A stretch of 64,000 nt of DNA, from NCBI RefSeq assembly GCF_006345805.1, contig NW_021833473.1, positions 62,001 to 126,000 of the forward strand. The letters run 5' to 3'. Below, piece after piece: positions 1 to 13,637 of the stretch. Source of the stretch: Octopus sinensis. Its lineage: Eukaryota. Every line of letters starts with the position of its first letter. Position 1 is the first letter of the stretch. The translations under genes and the position numbers were made by a program. The notes under the pieces were generated by a model. The model saw only the letters and a program-made list of their open reading frames with translations. It searched no databases and was not told the origin of the DNA.

Positions 1-283
1 CTCTCTATAATATGAATACAATAACTCTTAAACTGGTCTCTTCAAACTTGTAGTAATAAACTTAAATTATAAAAACGATAATTACATTAAATTAAAATAC
101 TGATTTAAATATTACCTTCCATTATTTTTTTTTAATCTTTTCGTTCGCCTTTTCAATTTGCGCGAAGGAAACCATAACACAACGCAAACACGCAGAGATG
201 AAAGTGAAATATATCCCTATGATGGTAGCTAATTGCTTAAAAATAATTATGTGCATGCATACACGTATATATATGCGTATGTC

Positions 284-287
284 TATA

Positions 288-335
<48 letters not shown>

Positions 336-447
336 AATATATATATATATATATACAAATATATATATATATATATATTATATATACAAATATATATATA
401 TATATATATATATACAAATATATATATACGTACAAATATATATATAT

Positions 448-490
<43 letters not shown>

Positions 491-545
491 GCACACATAC
501 AAAAATACATACACACACACATATATAGGCATAGTGTGTGTGTGT
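284..545. repeat. (TA)n/(CA)n microsatellite
   Basis: Direct inspection; source of the IYIYIY ORFs. Confidence 0.97.
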
Positions 546-3191
546 GTGTACTTACATTAATATCACATATATAAACTTGTTGTAAAAAGGGGCTGTGTTG
601 TGATTGGACGAAATGTTCTTGCGTTCCTAATGCAGAATGATGTCAAATTATGGAAATATTCCCTGTTACGCCCACGCCTTTATGACACGAAGAAATTTCC
701 CTAGCTTCATAAAAGTAAAGATTATATTATATATGACTGATTAGTTAAATTTAAAACATTTGTAGTTCGACTTTTTTCGACCTCTTGAACATTGGAGACC
801 TCCCAAAATGTTTCCAACCAATTTTTCTACCTCCAGCATAATTCTCTTGCCAATGGAAGTTTATGCTGACCATTTGGAAATCCGTGCTTTAGAGCAAGAA
901 TGCCTAGAATCTTTTCGCTTTGACCGGCAGATTTTTAAAATAATTTCTTTGTAACTAAACACTTTTAAACTTCGTATACTGGCAGAATGTATTTATAAAA
1001 CATTTTTTTCTCATGGTTTTCTTGAGAAAATTAATTTCTTGCATTTCGGCAATTTCAACCAATCAATGACGTCTATTGAGGTGAATTCAATTTCTGCCGT
1101 AATGTGTCAACAACAAAATCAAAGACCAAATATCTTACAAACTACAGAATTTTCTCAAGAAAGCCAAAAGAAAAAGATGTTCTATAAACACATTCTACCA
1201 CTATACGAAGTTTAACATTTTTAGTTACAAAGAAATTATTTTAAAAATCTGCCGGTCAAAGCGAAAAGATCCAATGCCCCAGAGATGTTCTGTTATAGTT
1301 AGAACCACATTTAAGATGCTGCACAGGAATGTCAAATCGACTGCAGTACTTGATGGGTACTTTATTTTCCCGACACTAGAAAAGTAAAACGCAAAATTTA
1401 TCTCGGTACGTGAATGGCCAACAAAAACTGAAAATATTTTGTCTGTGCGTCTACGGAAACAACGCGAAACAAACCTGGTTCAGTCATCGAGAAAGTCTCA
1501 ATTTCTAGTTCTACAATCTTTACATTATCGCTTAAGCTTTCGTAAGCAGGATGGTGAAGTAAAATTATCCAAATATGTTCATTAAGATGAAGGAAGATCG
1601 ATTACCAGGAGCGTAACTTGGAAGGCGAACTCCTAAAGAAGATATTTTTATCAACATTATTAAACCGATCTTCTTTCTTTTTTATTAACAACAATGAAAG
1701 ATCGCCGTCCCCAGTTTTGTACAACTTGCGTTTCCAGTCAGCAATATTTTGTCCACTTGTTAAGCTTAACCCTGTTAATGCACGTTAGGCATTATTTGAA
1801 ACTGATTTAATATTTTTCCAGTGTCTTCGAAACACAAAATTATTTTGCTGCAAAACAGTTAAGTGTTTTTCTGAATTTTTAATAACATTCAGTTTAAATA
1901 AAGTAGTATATTGTTATGCTTATTCTGTTCGGTAATTTTTATTCAAGGTAATGGATAAATTATAACACTACAATACGAGGTAATAGTGCCCCAGGAAAGC
2001 TTCAGGGAAGCTGATTTCAGCTGTTCTGAGCATAAAAAAGAATGAAAAAGATGTACAATATGTAGATGTGTCAAAGACAAGATGAAGAAGATAAAGACAT
2101 AATTAAAATAATTAAAATGCACACACATACACACGCATACAGACAGACACATACGTATGGAAGAATAAAAAATAAAAAGAACATGCATTATTCATTTTAC
2201 ATTGCAGTTAGTTTCAAGAATATTATTGTAATCAAAACGTTTCAAAATACGATAATATGTACTCAAAAATAGATTATAGAAATCAAATTATTTCAAAATA
2301 CATTATTACATGTTCCAAAATAGCATATCATATCCAAAATACATCACTTAAATAAAATCATTACACTATTACATTCAAATCATTTCAAAATACATGATTA
2401 AACACTCCAAAATACATAATTACAATAACACATAACTGCAAATCCCAAAGTATACTATTTCAAACCGGTTTCATTTCTTATAGGAGATATTCATTGCAAT
2501 GAATTTGTGCAATGGCTTGCTACAAGCCTTCATTTGACACATTTTGTGGTTACAGGAAGGAAGTAACAAATGCAATAATATTATGTTAGTTTTATTTATT
2601 TATGTTTCGCATGGAAAAATATATTTCCCCATAATATTTGAATAGTTGAAGTACGTAAAGGTACTTCCCAGCTTTCTTTGTGTCTACTAACGTATATACT
2701 ATCTCCTTTGTTGTCATGTGAGTCTACAACGAGGTTGCACTATGTATTCAATGAAAGCTAGTAGTATGCCATTACACACGTACAGCGCAATGAATATCTC
2801 CTATAAAAAGTGAAACTGGTTTGTAATTATGCATTTTGGAATTTTTAATTATATATCATTATTATTATGTAGTTCGGTGTGTTTAACCATGTATTTTGAA
2901 ATAATATGAATATAAAAAATGTACTTTGGGATTCATAATATACATAATTTAATTGTAGTAATGAATTATGGATAGGATATGATATTTTGGAATATGCAAT
3001 AATGAATTTTGAAATAATTTGATTGTGATAACATTTTTGAATGCGTTTTATTGTATTTTGAACAAATTTGAATGTAATAATGTACTTTGGAATTAACTAA
3101 CTGCAATGTAAAACGACTAGTCCATCTCTGTTTTATTTTTACTCTTCATATCTCTCAACTTGTAAGGGATATTTTTACCATTATATATATA

Positions 3192-3639
3192 TATTTCTTC
3201 ATTGCCCACAAGGGGTTAAACATAGAGGAGACAAACAAGGACAGACAAGGGTATTAAGTCGATTACATCTACCCCAGTGCGTAACTGGTACTTTATTTAT
3301 CGACCCGAAAGGATGAAAGGCAAAGTCGACCTCGGCGAAATTTGAACTCAGAACGTAGCGGCTGACGAAATACCGCTAAGCATTTCGCCCGGCGCGCTAA
3401 CGTTTCATATTTCTTTATTGCTCACAAGGGGCTAAACATATAGGGGACAAACAAGGCCAGACAAACGGATTAACTCGATTACATTGACCCCAATGCGTAA
3501 CTGGTACTTTATTTATCGACCCCGAAAAGATGAAAGGTAAAAATCGACCTCGGTGAAATTTGAAGTCAGAACGTAACGGCTGACGAAATACGGTTACGCA
3601 TTTCGCCCGGCGTGCAAACGTTTCTGCCAGCTCGCCGCC
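3192..3639 (-). mobile_element. SINE (Meta-domain-like) with tandem body, 2 units
   Basis: GGCGGCGAGCTGGCAG head; GGTCGACTTTGCCTTTCATCCTTTCGGGGTCGATAAA core. Confidence 0.8.
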
Positions 3640-3706
<67 letters not shown>

Positions 3707-4099
3707 TGTGTGTGTGTGTGTGTGTATCTGCCATGATATCAATTAAGCACTCAATATAAAAGAATATGGTTAAATTTCCAAACAAACAGATACCAGTAAA
3801 TGTAATTAGAATACAAATCCCAGGTAAATCCTCATGCATGACAGGTAAATCCAACAGTCCTTTTGTAGAATTTTAAGAAATTCAGAATATTTTCCAACGG
3901 TCGCTGGATTTTTAATGTGAGATCTAAAATAATGATATAATTTCATTCGTACGTAATATTTGTTGTTGATAAATACATTGAATTTCTTAAAATTCTACAA
4001 AAGGATTATTGGATTTACCGATCAAGCATAAGATTTACTTGGGATTTGTACTCTGCTTATATTTACTGGTATCTGTTTGTTGGAAATTTAACCATATTC

Positions 4100-4132
<33 letters not shown>

Positions 4133-4592
4133 TATGGTAAGACGATTCCTTCCCAACCATATGATTACGGGTTCAGTCTATCAGTCCAACTGCGTGGCAC
4201 CTTGGGCAAGTGTCTACGACTACAGTCACAGCCTGACGAAAACCCTGTAAGTGGATTTGGTAAGCGGAAACTGAAAGAAACTAGTCGTATATATATGTGT
4301 GTGTGTTTGTCACCCACCACTGCTTGACAGCCGGTGTTGGTGTATTTATATGTCCGTAACATAGCTGTTCGGCAAAAGATATCGATAGAATAAGTATCAG
4401 GCTCTAAAATGTACTGGTGTCGATATATTCGTTTAAAAACTATTAAAGACAGTGCCTGAAACAAGTAAAAGAAAAAGGATGTATGTATTTATGTATGTGT
4501 ATAAATGTATGTATATATACATATATCTAAGTTTATAAATATATCTGTTTATACACTCACACACATTTATATGTATATCTGTATATATATAT

Positions 4593-4992
4593 AGGCGCAG
4601 GAGTGGCTGTGTAGTAAGTAGCTTGCTTACCAACCACATGGTTTTGGGTTCAGTCCCACTGCGTGGCACCTTGGGCAAGTGTCTTCTACTATAGCCTCGG
4701 ACCGACCATAGCCTTGTGAGTGGATTTGGTAGACGGAAACTGAAAGAAGACCGTCGTATATATGTATATACATATATTTGTGTGTGTGTGTATTTGTGTG
4801 TCTGTGTTTGCCCCGCCACCCTCCAACATCGCTTGACAACCGATGCTGGTGTGTTTACGTCCCCGTCACTTAACGGTTTGGCAAAAGAGACCGATGGAAT
4901 AAGTACTAGGCTTACAAAGAATAAGTCCCGGGGTCGATTTGCTCGACTAAAGGCGGTGCTCCAGCATGGCCGCAGTCAAATGACTGAAACAA
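4593..4992 (+). mobile_element. tRNA-derived SINE with CORE-like segment and internal microsatellite
   Basis: AGGCGCAGGAGTGGCTGTG...GGGTTCAGTCCC...GGCACCTTGGGCAAGTGTCTTC. Further copies or parts at about 4143-4450, 9770-10400, 12240-12660, 47520-47950 and 48370-48810. Confidence 0.8.
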
Positions 4993-5014
4993 GAGAACGT
5001 ATGCGTGCATATAC

Positions 5015-5031
5015 ATGTAGTAGTAGTAGTG

Positions 5032-5075
<44 letters not shown>
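5015..5075. repeat. (TAG)n microsatellite
   Basis: Direct inspection. Confidence 0.95.
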
Positions 5076-5076
<1 letters not shown>

Positions 5077-5382
5077 ACAGCTGCAGCAGTAGGAAGTGGC
5101 GCAATAATGGGAAAGTATCTTTTGTAGAGGTTCTTACAATTCCTTTTCAGGATATTTTTTCACATGACACCCTGATCACACTTGCGACCCTACGATCTGT
5201 CTGCACGCGGCAGTGTTCAATCATGTGGACAACATCATTGACAAGCTGGGCTAAGCTAGGCTGGCAGGGAGCCGACGTCATTCTACGTAAGCAATGAGTG
5301 GATTGCCGGCGGACAATGTGGAGGAAACCTAATCGCGTGGAGTCAAGGTTTAATTGGTAAGAAGGCGATGTCCAGCAACCTA

Positions 5383-6124
5383 GGCGGCGAGCTGGCAGAA
5401 ACGTTAGCACGCCGGGCGAAATGCGCAGCCGTATTTCGTCCGCCGCTACGTTCTGAGTTCAAATTCCGCCGAGGTCGACTTTGCCTTTCATCCTTTCGGG
5501 GTCGATAAATTAAGTCCCAGTTACGCACTGGGGTCGATGTAATCGACTTAATCCGTTTGTCTGTCCTCTCTGTGTTTAGCCCCTTGTGGGTAGTAAAGAA
5601 ATAGGTATTTCGTCTGCAGTTACGTTCTGAGTTCAAATTCCGCCGAGGTCGACTTTGCCTTTCATCCTTTCAGGGTTGATAAATTAACTACCAGTTACGC
5701 ACTGGGGTCGATGTAATCGACTTAATTCGTCTGTCTGTCCTTGTTTGTCCCCTGTGTTTAGCCCCTTGTGGGTAGTAAAGAAATAGGTATTCGTCTGCAG
5801 TTACGTTCTGAGTTCAAATTCCGCCGAGGTCGACTTTGCCTTTCATCCTTTCAGGGTTGATAAATTAACTACCAGTTACGCACTGGGGTCGATGTAATCG
5901 ACTTAATTCGTCTGTCTGTCCTTGTTTGTCCCCTGTGTTTAGCCCCTTGTGGGTAGTAAAGAAATAGGTATTTCGTCTGCCGTCACGTTCTGAGTTCAAA
6001 TTCCGCCGAGGTCGACTTTGCCTTTCACCCTTTAGGAGTCGATAAATTAAATACCAGTTACGCACTGGGGTCGATGAAATCAACTTAATCCATTTGTTTG
6101 TCCCCTTGTGGGTTATAAAGAAAC
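5383..6124 (+). mobile_element. Same SINE, one head plus 4 tandem bodies
   Basis: About 180-bp unit repeated head to tail. Confidence 0.85.
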
Positions 6125-8193
6125 AGATATCTAGCCACGTTGCTGTTGAACTTGTATTGTCAGAGCACGGCGAGACACTTAGATCATTATGATCACGCCA
6201 TTGCATCCTTAGTATACTTTCAGCAATCTCAGTCTAGAAAGTCATAGAGAAGAGCCTGGTCGTGTGGTGCTGGCCTCCCACACGATAACGTCAGTCCAGC
6301 GCGAGTGTGAACTTTTACTTTTCGGAAGTACAGACAGACAGCGGGCCTTTCGTTGCGACGTCTGGAAATATCACGATCGTCTGCGACAACGAAATGCCAT
6401 CACAGATGTTGTTCCCCGCTTGTTGGGGCGGACGGAATGTGTAGTGTAAGCGGACGGAGACAGTTGCATTTTTCCGGTCGCCTGCGTGGCTGCATCCTCC
6501 ATTACCGATGCACTTTCAGAAGTGCTACTGGTATTTACGAGATGGAGTCTTCGAAAACAAGAACAAGCAAAACTAGTATTTAATTCAAATAATTTCCACA
6601 TCTTAAGATTGTACGAAATAAAATATGGCTGTCATTGTTGTTATTAGCCACAGACGTACTCCTTAAATTTCAATAGAATTGTAAGTTTCTTTGATACAAT
6701 TATTATATAAATGTAAAAACACATATCAACATTGGAGAAAAATATTTCTTCGTCATAATCTTTGTCGATCTGTTATGCTTGAAAACTCATTAGGTAAATT
6801 CTAGTTAGTTATTTCTTGTCAAAAATAGCTGACTCTTTTCATTATACGTGAGAGCGGCTTTTACTAACGTCTGTTCGGTTGATGTTTCAAGTGGAGATAC
6901 GGGTGATCGGAGAAAATCTCGAAAGGGTAAATGTCTATAATAAGAAAACTCGGATCTTTTCCTTTTGAACGGCAGTCTTCAACACAATTTCTAGTTAACT
7001 AAAGACTTTTAAACTTCGTATACTGGTAGAATGTGTTTATAAAACATCATTTTTTCTTGGCTTTATTGAGAAAATTCTATATGTTGTAATATATTTCGAC
7101 TTTAATTTGGAGTATTTAACACCGCTAGAAAAAAATCCCATTTTCCGTAGCGGTGTCGTATGAAATTGTCACCCATAATAATAACCCCAGTATCGATCTA
7201 TTGCATTTCAATCTATTTTAGGGTTAGGTTTAGAATTATGGTTAGGGGTGGGGGAAGGGTATCTTTTTTTCTTCGCAAATGTAAATAAACCCGATCTGTT
7301 TCTTAAACGAGGGACATATCTATACAGCACGGAATGTTTTCACCCCAAATGGAGGTCAGCGATTGGTTAAAATTGCCGAAATATGTTACAACATATAGAA
7401 TTTATTCAATAAAGCCAAGAAAAAATGATGTTTTATAAACACATTCTACCAGTATACTAAGTTTAAAAGTCTTTAGTTAACTAGAAATTGTGTTGAAAAC
7501 TGCCGTTCAAAAGGAAAAGATCCGAAAATTCATATGTTGGATTAATTACCATTTGATTACAGTTTTAAGCGTGAATATTTTGAATGCTCTTTAATGGTTC
7601 TCTTAAAAACGATTCTGCATTTGTTATACAGATAACATGCGAAAAATATTAATAAAAACAAAGGAAAGAACTTCCTCTCCAAGTTTACTGAAAATTTTGT
7701 TCTTCCAAATACGTTCTTAGAGCTTCAGCTGATCTTTTACAAAATTAATGAAAAAAATTGCAGAATGGTAGGCTTCTTCTAAAAACTACTTGCCGAAACC
7801 TAAACTACCCATCCCACCCCGAAAAAAAAATCTATACATATTTTGCATTCTGTGTATCATACTTAAAGCACATACATCGTCGAAAGCCTGATAAAATACC
7901 GCATTTGTCTCAAGAAAGCATCTCTTATAATGTTAAAAATCCTCTGAAGTAATGGTAAGAAACTCTCAAGAGAGCTGTACAGCAACAGTTCTGCAGAGAA
8001 GAAACCCCCACACAGGTAAGAGTTTCGGCCCTTAACTTCTTAGCTTCTAAAGGGACCGGGCTTCACCCAGATCATGCTTCTTAGGTGCAGTTCGGCTGAT
8101 AGTTTTCAGCAACTTGGATATCGGAGATTGAAGCCGCTTGGAAATCCCATCACGATGTAACTCCCCTTCTTTGATTTAACTTTCAATTTATGA

Positions 8194-8575
8194 TGGCACT
8201 CCGTCGGTTACGACGACGAGTGTTCCAGTTGATTCGATCAACGGAACAGCCTGCTCGTGAAATTAACGTGCAAATGGCTGAGCACTCCACAGACACGTGT
8301 ACCCTTAGCATAGTTCCCTGGGGAGATTCAGTGTGACACAGAATGTGACAAGGCTGGCCCTTTGAAATACAGGTACAACAGAAACAGGAAGAAAGAGTGA
8401 GAGAAAGTTGCGGTGAAAGAGTACAGCAAGATTCACCACCACCCCCTGCCGGAGCCTCGTGGAACTTTAGGCGTTTTCGCTCAATAAACATTCACAATGC
8501 CCGGTCTGGGAATCAAAACCACGATCCTAAGACCGCGAGTCCCCTGCCCTTACCACTGGGCCATTGCGCCTCTAC
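8194..8575 (-). mobile_element. Full-length copy of the third SINE family
   Basis: Reverse complement of 49386-49766. Confidence 0.8.
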
Positions 8576-8910
8576 ACTTTCATTTCATACTGAAAGAAGA
8601 AATAACATTCGTTGTCATAGTAGCGTTGAACTATATTAATAGCAGACGAAAATCATCCAGAAATACCTACAACGTTGCTGGATGATCTCCTGCATTGCAG
8701 ATATACTTCTAACTTGATTTTTAAACATTATACGTCTAGGAGAGGATGCTGAAAAGTTCCTGGCTTTGGGTAAAAGAAAATACTGGAAAATCAGTTAATT
8801 ATTATTTCATTCAACAAATTCAAAACGTAGAAATGGAACAGCGACTGCTGATCTCGTTATTCTAAACAGAAAGCCTGAACGCAGAATTGCCATTAGAACA
8901 GCAGAAATAA

Positions 8911-9450
8911 GGCGGCGAGCTGGCAGAAACGTTAGCACACCGGGCGAAATGCGTAGCCGTATTTCGTCTGCCGTTACGTTCCGAGTTCAAATTCCGCCGA
9001 GGTCGACCTAGCCTTTCGTCCTTTCGAGGTTGATAAATTAAGTACCAGTCACGCACTGGGGTCGATATAATCGACTTAATCCGTTTGTCCTCTTGTTTAG
9101 CCCCTTGTAGGTATTTCGTCTGCCGTTACGTTCCGAGTTTAAAATTCCGCCGAGGTCGACTTTGCCTTTCATCCTTTCGGGGTCGATTAAATAAGTACCA
9201 GTCACGCACTGGGGTTTCATATAATCGACTTAATCCGTTTGTCTGTCCTCTCTGTGTTTAGCCCCTTGTGGGTAGTAAAGAAATAGGTATTTCGTTTGCC
9301 GTTACGTTCCGAGTTCAAATCCCGCCGAGGTCGACTTTGCCTTTCATCCTTTCGGGGTCGATAAATTAAGTACCAGTTACGCACTGGGGTCGATGTAATC
9401 GACTGTCCCCCACCCCCAAAATTTCGGGCCATGTGCCTAGAGTAGAAAAA
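8911..9450 (+). mobile_element. Same SINE, one head plus about 3 bodies
   Basis: As above. Confidence 0.8.
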
Positions 9451-9603
9451 AAAGAATACTGGGTAAATTACCCTTTGCAAAGCGGAAAAATTTATCAAGA
9501 AACAGACGCTTATGAAAAAAAAAATAATGTTTCTTTATATTTATACTTGTAGTTGTCCTATTGGTTACTTAGCGTCTAAAATTGACAAATGAATTTGTCA
9601 GCA

Positions 9604-9673
9604 GGCAGTTTTTGCTAAATGGTAAAGCCCTCCACCGGAGTCATGAGGGATGTGGGTTCGAATCCCACGGCTA
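9604..9673 (+). pseudogene. Degenerate tRNA-like sequence (tRNA pseudogene or SINE head)
   Basis: Perfect T arm GTGGG-TTCGAAT-CCCAC and D-like GCT-AAATGGTAA-AGC; acceptor and anticodon arms pair poorly. Confidence 0.4.
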
Positions 9674-10028
9674 TTTGTTGACAATTTTTTCTGCTTTGTA
9701 AGGGCAATTTTCACAGTATTTTTGCTGTTCTGATGGCAATTCTGCGTTCGAAACAAAAGAAAAGAAAATGGTGCAGGAATAAGTCCTGGGATCGATTTGC
9801 TCGACTAAAGGTGGTGCTCCAGCATGTCCGCAGTCAAATGACTGAAACAAGTAAGAGAGAGAGAGAGAGAGAGAGAGTGGCTGTGTGGTAAGATTGCTTA
9901 CCAACCACATAGTTTCGGGTTCAGTCCCACTGCGTGGCACCTTGAGCAAGTGTCTTCTACTATAGCCTCGGGCCGACCAAAGCCTTGTAAGTGAATTTGG
10001 TAGACGGAAACTGAAAGAAGCCCGTCGT

Positions 10029-10082
<54 letters not shown>

Positions 10083-11504
10083 AAATTACATATTACTTTG
10101 ACAGATAAATTCCTCTATTTACATAATATCGAGGTCTCTTTCTTTCTTTTGTTATCTTACCATTTTTATCAATAATATATATATATATATGAATGTATTT
10201 GTGTATCTGAGTTTCTCCCCACTATTATCGCTTGACAACCGATGTTGGTGTGTTAACGTCCCCCGTAACTTAGTGGTTCGGCAAAAAAAAATCGATAGAA
10301 TAAGTAGACTTAACAAAGAGTAAGTCTTGGGGTCGATATGTTCCACTAAAGGCAGTGCTCCGGCATGGCCGCAGTCAAATGTCTAAAACAAGTAGAGGAA
10401 TAGAGGAATACACGTAGAAAGCCTAAAAAATTTGATGGATGCTGTTAAGTCGATATCATCAACTCCAGAACTTGAACCATTATTTTATTTTATTGACCTC
10501 GGCAGAATAAAAGGCAACTTTGACCTAGGGATGATTTGAACTTAAAACTCAAGAACCGAAAGGATGTTATAAATGTCACTTACAGGTGTTAAAGAGATAT
10601 TATTTCGCATTTCTGAAATGCTAGATACAAAGTTATATGGGAGTTGTTCCCCTTGAACGAAAATATAGCGTCTTCATCCTTTTATTTATATTTTATAGTT
10701 AAAGAAGGAATGAAATGGTTTTCTTTTTTTACAAAATATTGAGATTCGTTTATCATATTTCTGTCTCACACACAACGAATATTACAAACCACCCAGAGAG
10801 GGTTAGAATCTCTATACGGTCACTTAACTGGCTGTGCATATAATCATTTTATTCAACACATTCCCTTCTCAGATTCATACACTTGTTGCAGCGGTCGTTC
10901 AGCTTGTTCTAAGCTCAGTTAAAGAACTCAGAAGGTTGGGTCTCAAACCAGGCCTTTCGCGACACCCTTAAAGCCAGGAACTTTTCAGTACCCCTCGTAT
11001 ACGAGATGCGTTCTTGAGACAAATACTCTGTAAATTTATGTTTGTTTTTGTGTGTTCCTTCGCAAGCCATGTCTGGCTCATAGGACCGGTTCCTCGATTT
11101 TTTTGGCGTATAGGTCCCCCATCTGGACAGGACGCCGGTCTGTCGCAGATGAGCTGCTAGATGCAGGAGGAAAGAGTGAGAGTAAGTTGTGGCGAAAGAG
11201 TCAGCAGAAGTTCGCCATTACCTTCTACCGGAGCCGTGTGGAGCTTAGGTGTTTCGCTCATAAACACAAACATCACCCGGTCTGTGATTCGAACGCGCGA
11301 TCCCTCGACCGCTGCTCTAACCACTAGGCCATGTAAATTTATATACGGGTTTCAAATTTTGACACAAGGTCAGCTATTTCGGGGAGCGGGTAAGTGGATG
11401 ACATCCACCCCAGTTGACCTCGGGGTAATTTGAACTCAAAACATTAGGATGGACGAAAAGCTGTTAGGCAATTTGCAGCTCTCTGCCTTGTGAATATCTA
11501 TATA

Positions 11505-11860
11505 AATCGGTTTCAAAATTTGGCACGAGACCAGCAATTTGGAGGTAAGAGGTAAGCTGATGACATCGACCCCAGCCCTCAACTGGTACTTATTTTATCG
11601 ACCCCGAAAGGGAGGAAATGCAAAGTCAACTTCAGCGGAATTTGAACTCAGAACGTATATACGGGCGAAATACCTATTTCTTTACTACCCACAAGGGGCT
11701 AAACACAGAGGACAAAAAAACGGATTAAGTCGATTATATCGACCCCATCCGAAAGGATGAAAGGCAAAGTCGACCTCGGCGGAATTTGAACTCAGAACGT
11801 AGCGTCAGACGAAATACCGCTAAGCATTTTGCCCGGTGTGCTAACGATTCTGCCATCTCG
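11505..11860 (-). mobile_element. Same SINE family, partial tandem
   Basis: As above, reverse orientation. Confidence 0.7.
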
Positions 11861-13050
11861 CTACCTTACGTATATCCTTATATTACCATTTAGAAAAATA
11901 GAAAAGAGATACATTGTTCAACGCAATACTTCCTGGTATACAAAAAAAAAAAAAAAGGTGGCATGTTCAGGCACAAGTGTAGCTAGTGTATGCCACCGGA
12001 CCCCACAAATAACACATTGCCTACAACACACCCAAAAGTGCTGTCCAGGGCGGACCGCTCCCTCCGCCCACACCACAGCTACGCTAATTTGTTCATGGCT
12101 GGAACACATTTTATCACGTGTGATCGATCGGCATTTACCTGACGCTAACACAAGAATATTAATATAAGCAAGATCTACAAGCTGTCATTGTGTTGTTTTC
12201 ACCTAATTAAAGGTAAGAAGCATTTTGGTGTCCACCACAGGAAACAGTTTATCTTTCATTTGTTTCAGTCATCGGAATGCGGCCATGCTGGGGCACCGCA
12301 TTCAAGAAATTTTAGTCGCATGAATCGATCCCAGCAGTTTTTGATTTTCAAAGCCTGGTTCTTCTTTTATCGGGCTTTTTTTTTTTTACTGAACTGTTAA
12401 GTTATTGGGATGTAAACACATCAACACCGTATCTGTGTGTGTGTGTGTTTCGTCCCTCTACCCACCATTTGGTAACCGGTGTTGGTTCGTTTACACCCAC
12501 GTAACTTAGCGGTTTCGCCAAAGATCGATAGAATAAGTACCAGTCTTTTAAAACAAAAATATATAAGTGCTGAGGTTTATTTGTTCGACTAAACTCTTCA
12601 GAACAGTGCTCCAGCACGGACGCACGCCTGAAACAAGTAAAAGATAAAAGATGGATGGTGTCTGAGTAATATTCCACGCTGGTTACTTCTATGGGAAAGT
12701 TAAGAGGTTCGTTTTGCTTCACAATCCTGGTTGTGGGTTTTGATTCCACTACGAAGCACTTTAAGCTGCACCAAAAAAATTAAATGCACAAGTCAAAGAA
12801 AAATTTATATTTATAGAGGAAAGACCATTGGGGGCTACAAGCAGCCCTGGGAACTGTGGCTGAGAACGGTTGCTGTAATATGTCATTTCTCTGAGTTAAT
12901 GGTTTAACATTTTAGAATGAAAAAAAACCCACTAACATCTGTCCTAAAATAAAAATTCAATTCAAAATACTGGTAAAAATAACTGAATCTAAATACGAAG
13001 ACTATAAAGTGAAAACAAGAGTCAAAAATAAGAAAAGTTATCGACAGAAC

Positions 13051-13056
13051 TTTATT
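13051..13056 (-). terminator. Probable CCT7 polyadenylation signal AATAAA
   Basis: tttatt on + about 580 nt past the stop codon, followed on the minus strand by a U-rich tract. Confidence 0.5.
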
Positions 13057-13637
13057 TTAAACATATTTATCCATATTCTTCAGTTGGTATAAGCATTGTC
13101 AAAGAATTGCAAAGAAAGCAATGAGTAAGGTAGCACAAGGAAAGATCTCTCAGTAGATTGAAGAGGGAGAACAATAACATGATGAAGCAAAAGTTATATC
13201 TTAATTATCAATGGGCTAATTAGAAATAAATTACATAAATAGGAAACTGATGACCTTCAATATGAGAATGCTCATTGCAGTAACAGAACCGTACAAGTTT
13301 AGGTATGCAATCAAAAAAGACTTACCTTAAAAGATATGATAAAAGATTACTAGTAGTAGGTATAAACCTAAATGTACATATAGATTTATAATTTTAATAA
13401 ACTGTAAATGCAGACTGTGGCTAACTGAGAGGCATATATTGACTTATGTGTTCAGTTCATTTAAGTTATTACATATTGGTTTTGAACAAGGCTACAGAGC
13501 ACAAGATATGAAAGGAGACAGCCAACTCTTTAGCGAAAGTTGACCTCAGTAATAATGTTCAATGTGAAAACCAGTGGGAAGTGTGTTACAAATGGCAAAC
13601 TATCTGGTGATATATTAAGGAGATGTTATATATGTTA

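Noticed and set aside
122-574. ORFs rich in IY, VC or TH dipeptides (also at 41309-41634, 46253-46691, 54403-54762, 60396-60962, 61274-62096 and 63572-63973)
   Set aside because: Translations of microsatellites.
4716-5297. 193-aa ORF
   Set aside because: Runs through a SINE and (TAG)n; only the last part is unique and is treated separately.
7850-8180. Segment homologous to about 48900-49260 (inverted)
   Set aside because: Evidently an interspersed repeat, but unclassifiable and with no coding signal.
8734-8825. Mariner-like TIR remnant
   Set aside because: Too short and degenerate to delimit an element.
9604-9673. Functional tRNA gene
   Set aside because: Acceptor and anticodon arms do not form; kept only as tRNA-like.
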